Source: Phyllobates terribilis
Lineage: Eukaryota
Length of the DNA: 64,000 nt
NCBI RefSeq assembly: GCF_046119375.1
Contig: NW_027362768.1
Coordinates: 188,418,001 to 188,482,000, forward strand
Reading direction: 5' to 3'
This document shows positions 62,801-64,000 of the stretch, in pieces; the stretch's first letter is position 1; each line of letters opens with the position of its first letter. The translations under genes were made by a program, and so were the position numbers. The notes below the pieces were generated by a model. That model was given only the letters and a program-made list of their open reading frames with translations. It was not told the origin of the DNA and made no database searches.

Positions 62801-63577
62801 CCCCTTATAAACTAGTAGAAATCTCAGCTGCCTGCTGCTACCACTAGGGGGCAATCTCTGTACAAGTCCTATTGAGATCAATGTAAAGAGCTCCCCCTAC
62901 TGGTAGATACTGGCAGGAATACTGAGAGCATTTTTGGTTTTCTTGGTATTGATGATATTTTCTTGGTATGATGAGCCCCCACTGCCTGCTGCTACCACTA
63001 AGGGGCAATCTCTGTACAACTCCTATTGAGATCAATGTAAAGAGCTCCCCCTAGTGGTGGGCAACTGTCAGGAATACTGAGAGCATTTTTGGTTTTCTTG
63101 GTATTGATGATATTTTCTTGGTATGATGAGCTCCCGCTGCTTGCTGCTACCACTAGGGGGCAATCTCTGTACAACTCCTATTGAGATCAATGTAAAGAGC
63201 TCCTCCTAGTGGTGGGCAACTGTCAGGAATACTGAGAGCATTTTCGGCTTTCTTGGTATCGATGGTATTTTCTTGGTATGATGAGCTCCCGCTGCCTGCT
63301 GCTACCACTAGGGGGCAATCTCTGTACAACTCCTATTGAGATCAATGTAAAGAGCTCCCCCTAGTGGTGGATACTGGCAGGAATACTGAGAGCATTTTCG
63401 GCTTTCTTGGTATGGTGAGCCCCCCACTGCCTGCTGCTACATAATAGCTTTCCTTTGTGATTCAGGTTCGGAGCATTAACTCTTGTCACAGCTGCAATCC
63501 GTGGGATAAAGGGGAAGAAGAGGATATTAAGCTGGTAAACATTCCGGTTACCACACCAGAGAACCTCTATCTGATGG
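59729..63577 (+). CDS. MIGA1: Mitoguardin 1 (FAM73A), 5' partial: first four coding exons; gene continues past the window
   Basis: The spliced peptide MAETQHPLRMAALRVVDFPLSLYNSLTQ/FTLLLKSSPGLKTIFAVTAVGTVSIIFLARRIKRRRG...WEP.../GSSCSSSRKNLTLSL...NGGLNSKYSGSVQSLAS/VRSINSCHSC...DIKLVNIPVTTPENLYLMG matches my recollection of MIGA1. Phases are consistent and the gene is head-to-head with USP33, as in mammals. Confidence 0.9.
60531..60720 (+). CDS. MIGA1: MIGA1 coding exon 2 (hydrophobic membrane anchor plus basic tract)
   Basis: tttcttgcag acceptor; TIFAVTAVGTVSIIFLA followed by RRIKRRRGKIK; gtgagt donor. Confidence 0.9.
61102..61404. mobile_element. PIF/Harbinger-type MITE (gggctcattcagacg...cgtctgaatgagcct)
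   Basis: 15-bp TIRs with one mismatch; TAA and TTA flanks. Confidence 0.75.
62098..62228 (+). CDS. MIGA1: MIGA1 coding exon 3
   Basis: ccgcag acceptor; GSSCSSSRKNLTLSLTSAKEKGSQLHLNGGLNSKYSGSVQSLAS; gtaagt donor; missed by the ORF track. Confidence 0.88.
62828..63440. repeat. Tandem repeat J, 154-155-bp unit, 4 copies plus a stub
   Basis: Unit starts at 62828, 62982, 63137, 63292 and a stub at 63427. Confidence 0.93.
63466..63577 (+). CDS. MIGA1: MIGA1 coding exon 4
   Basis: attcag acceptor; VRSINSCHSCNPWDKGEEEDIKLVNIPVTTPENLYLM; gtaagc donor; missed by the ORF track. Confidence 0.9.
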
Positions 63578-64000
63578 GTAAGCGAGGACTTGCACAGCAT
63601 CACTGCTCTTACAGTAAAGAATCCCCTTCTTTATGATGAATCTTTCTTATCCATGACACCAGTCATCCACCTCTGATCCCTTCCTGCTATGTATATATCA
63701 TATACTGACACACTACCTATGTATAGTAGCTGTTTTTCATATTTTGGGCTCATTTGGTTATAGCAGCTTTAACAGCAGATGCCTGGCATTGAGTATCAAA
63801 TTTAAAGGAGTTATCCGAATTTGCAACAAATTGATTAAAAAAGTTTTATTAATCAGCTCTACCTTGGGTTTGTTGGGGTTTCTGTAGTTAGGGATGACAT
63901 TGATGTTACAGTACAGAGTCAAATATGTTAGAACAGGAGTTAGAAAAAATAATTGATCTGGTACTGGCAAAATGTTCTATGTGGATAACGGAGAATACAC

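Overview
Vertebrate genomic DNA. The MITE and LINE repertoire suggests a frog, but that is an inference. The window holds (1) a complete USP33 deubiquitinase gene on the minus strand, with 23 GT-AG coding exons at 14813-38576 splicing into 2679 nt (892 aa plus stop) and a probable non-coding first exon near 43142-43230; (2) the 5' part of MIGA1 (FAM73A) on the plus strand, head-to-head with USP33, with a probable first exon ending at 48721 and four coding exons at 59729-63577; and (3) a CpG-rich promoter and minus-strand first exon at about 4894-5013, probably ZZZ3 from conserved ZZZ3-USP33-MIGA1 synteny only. About 22 kb (roughly a third of the window) is tandem repeat, mostly 33-42 bp minisatellites. 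All the very long ORFs in the track come from these arrays and are not genes. There are also a decayed L2 LINE, an internally deleted CR1 LINE, a full-length but inactivated Tc1 transposon, a Tc1 fragment, several MITEs and a 147-N gap. I found no new protein-coding system. The most notable observations are non-coding: minisatellites flanking all three promoters, a 155-bp tandem repeat with paired CTCF-like motifs, a perfect 136-bp-arm intronic hairpin, a 1164-bp higher-order duplication inside one array, and an apparent dead alternative splice acceptor in USP33.
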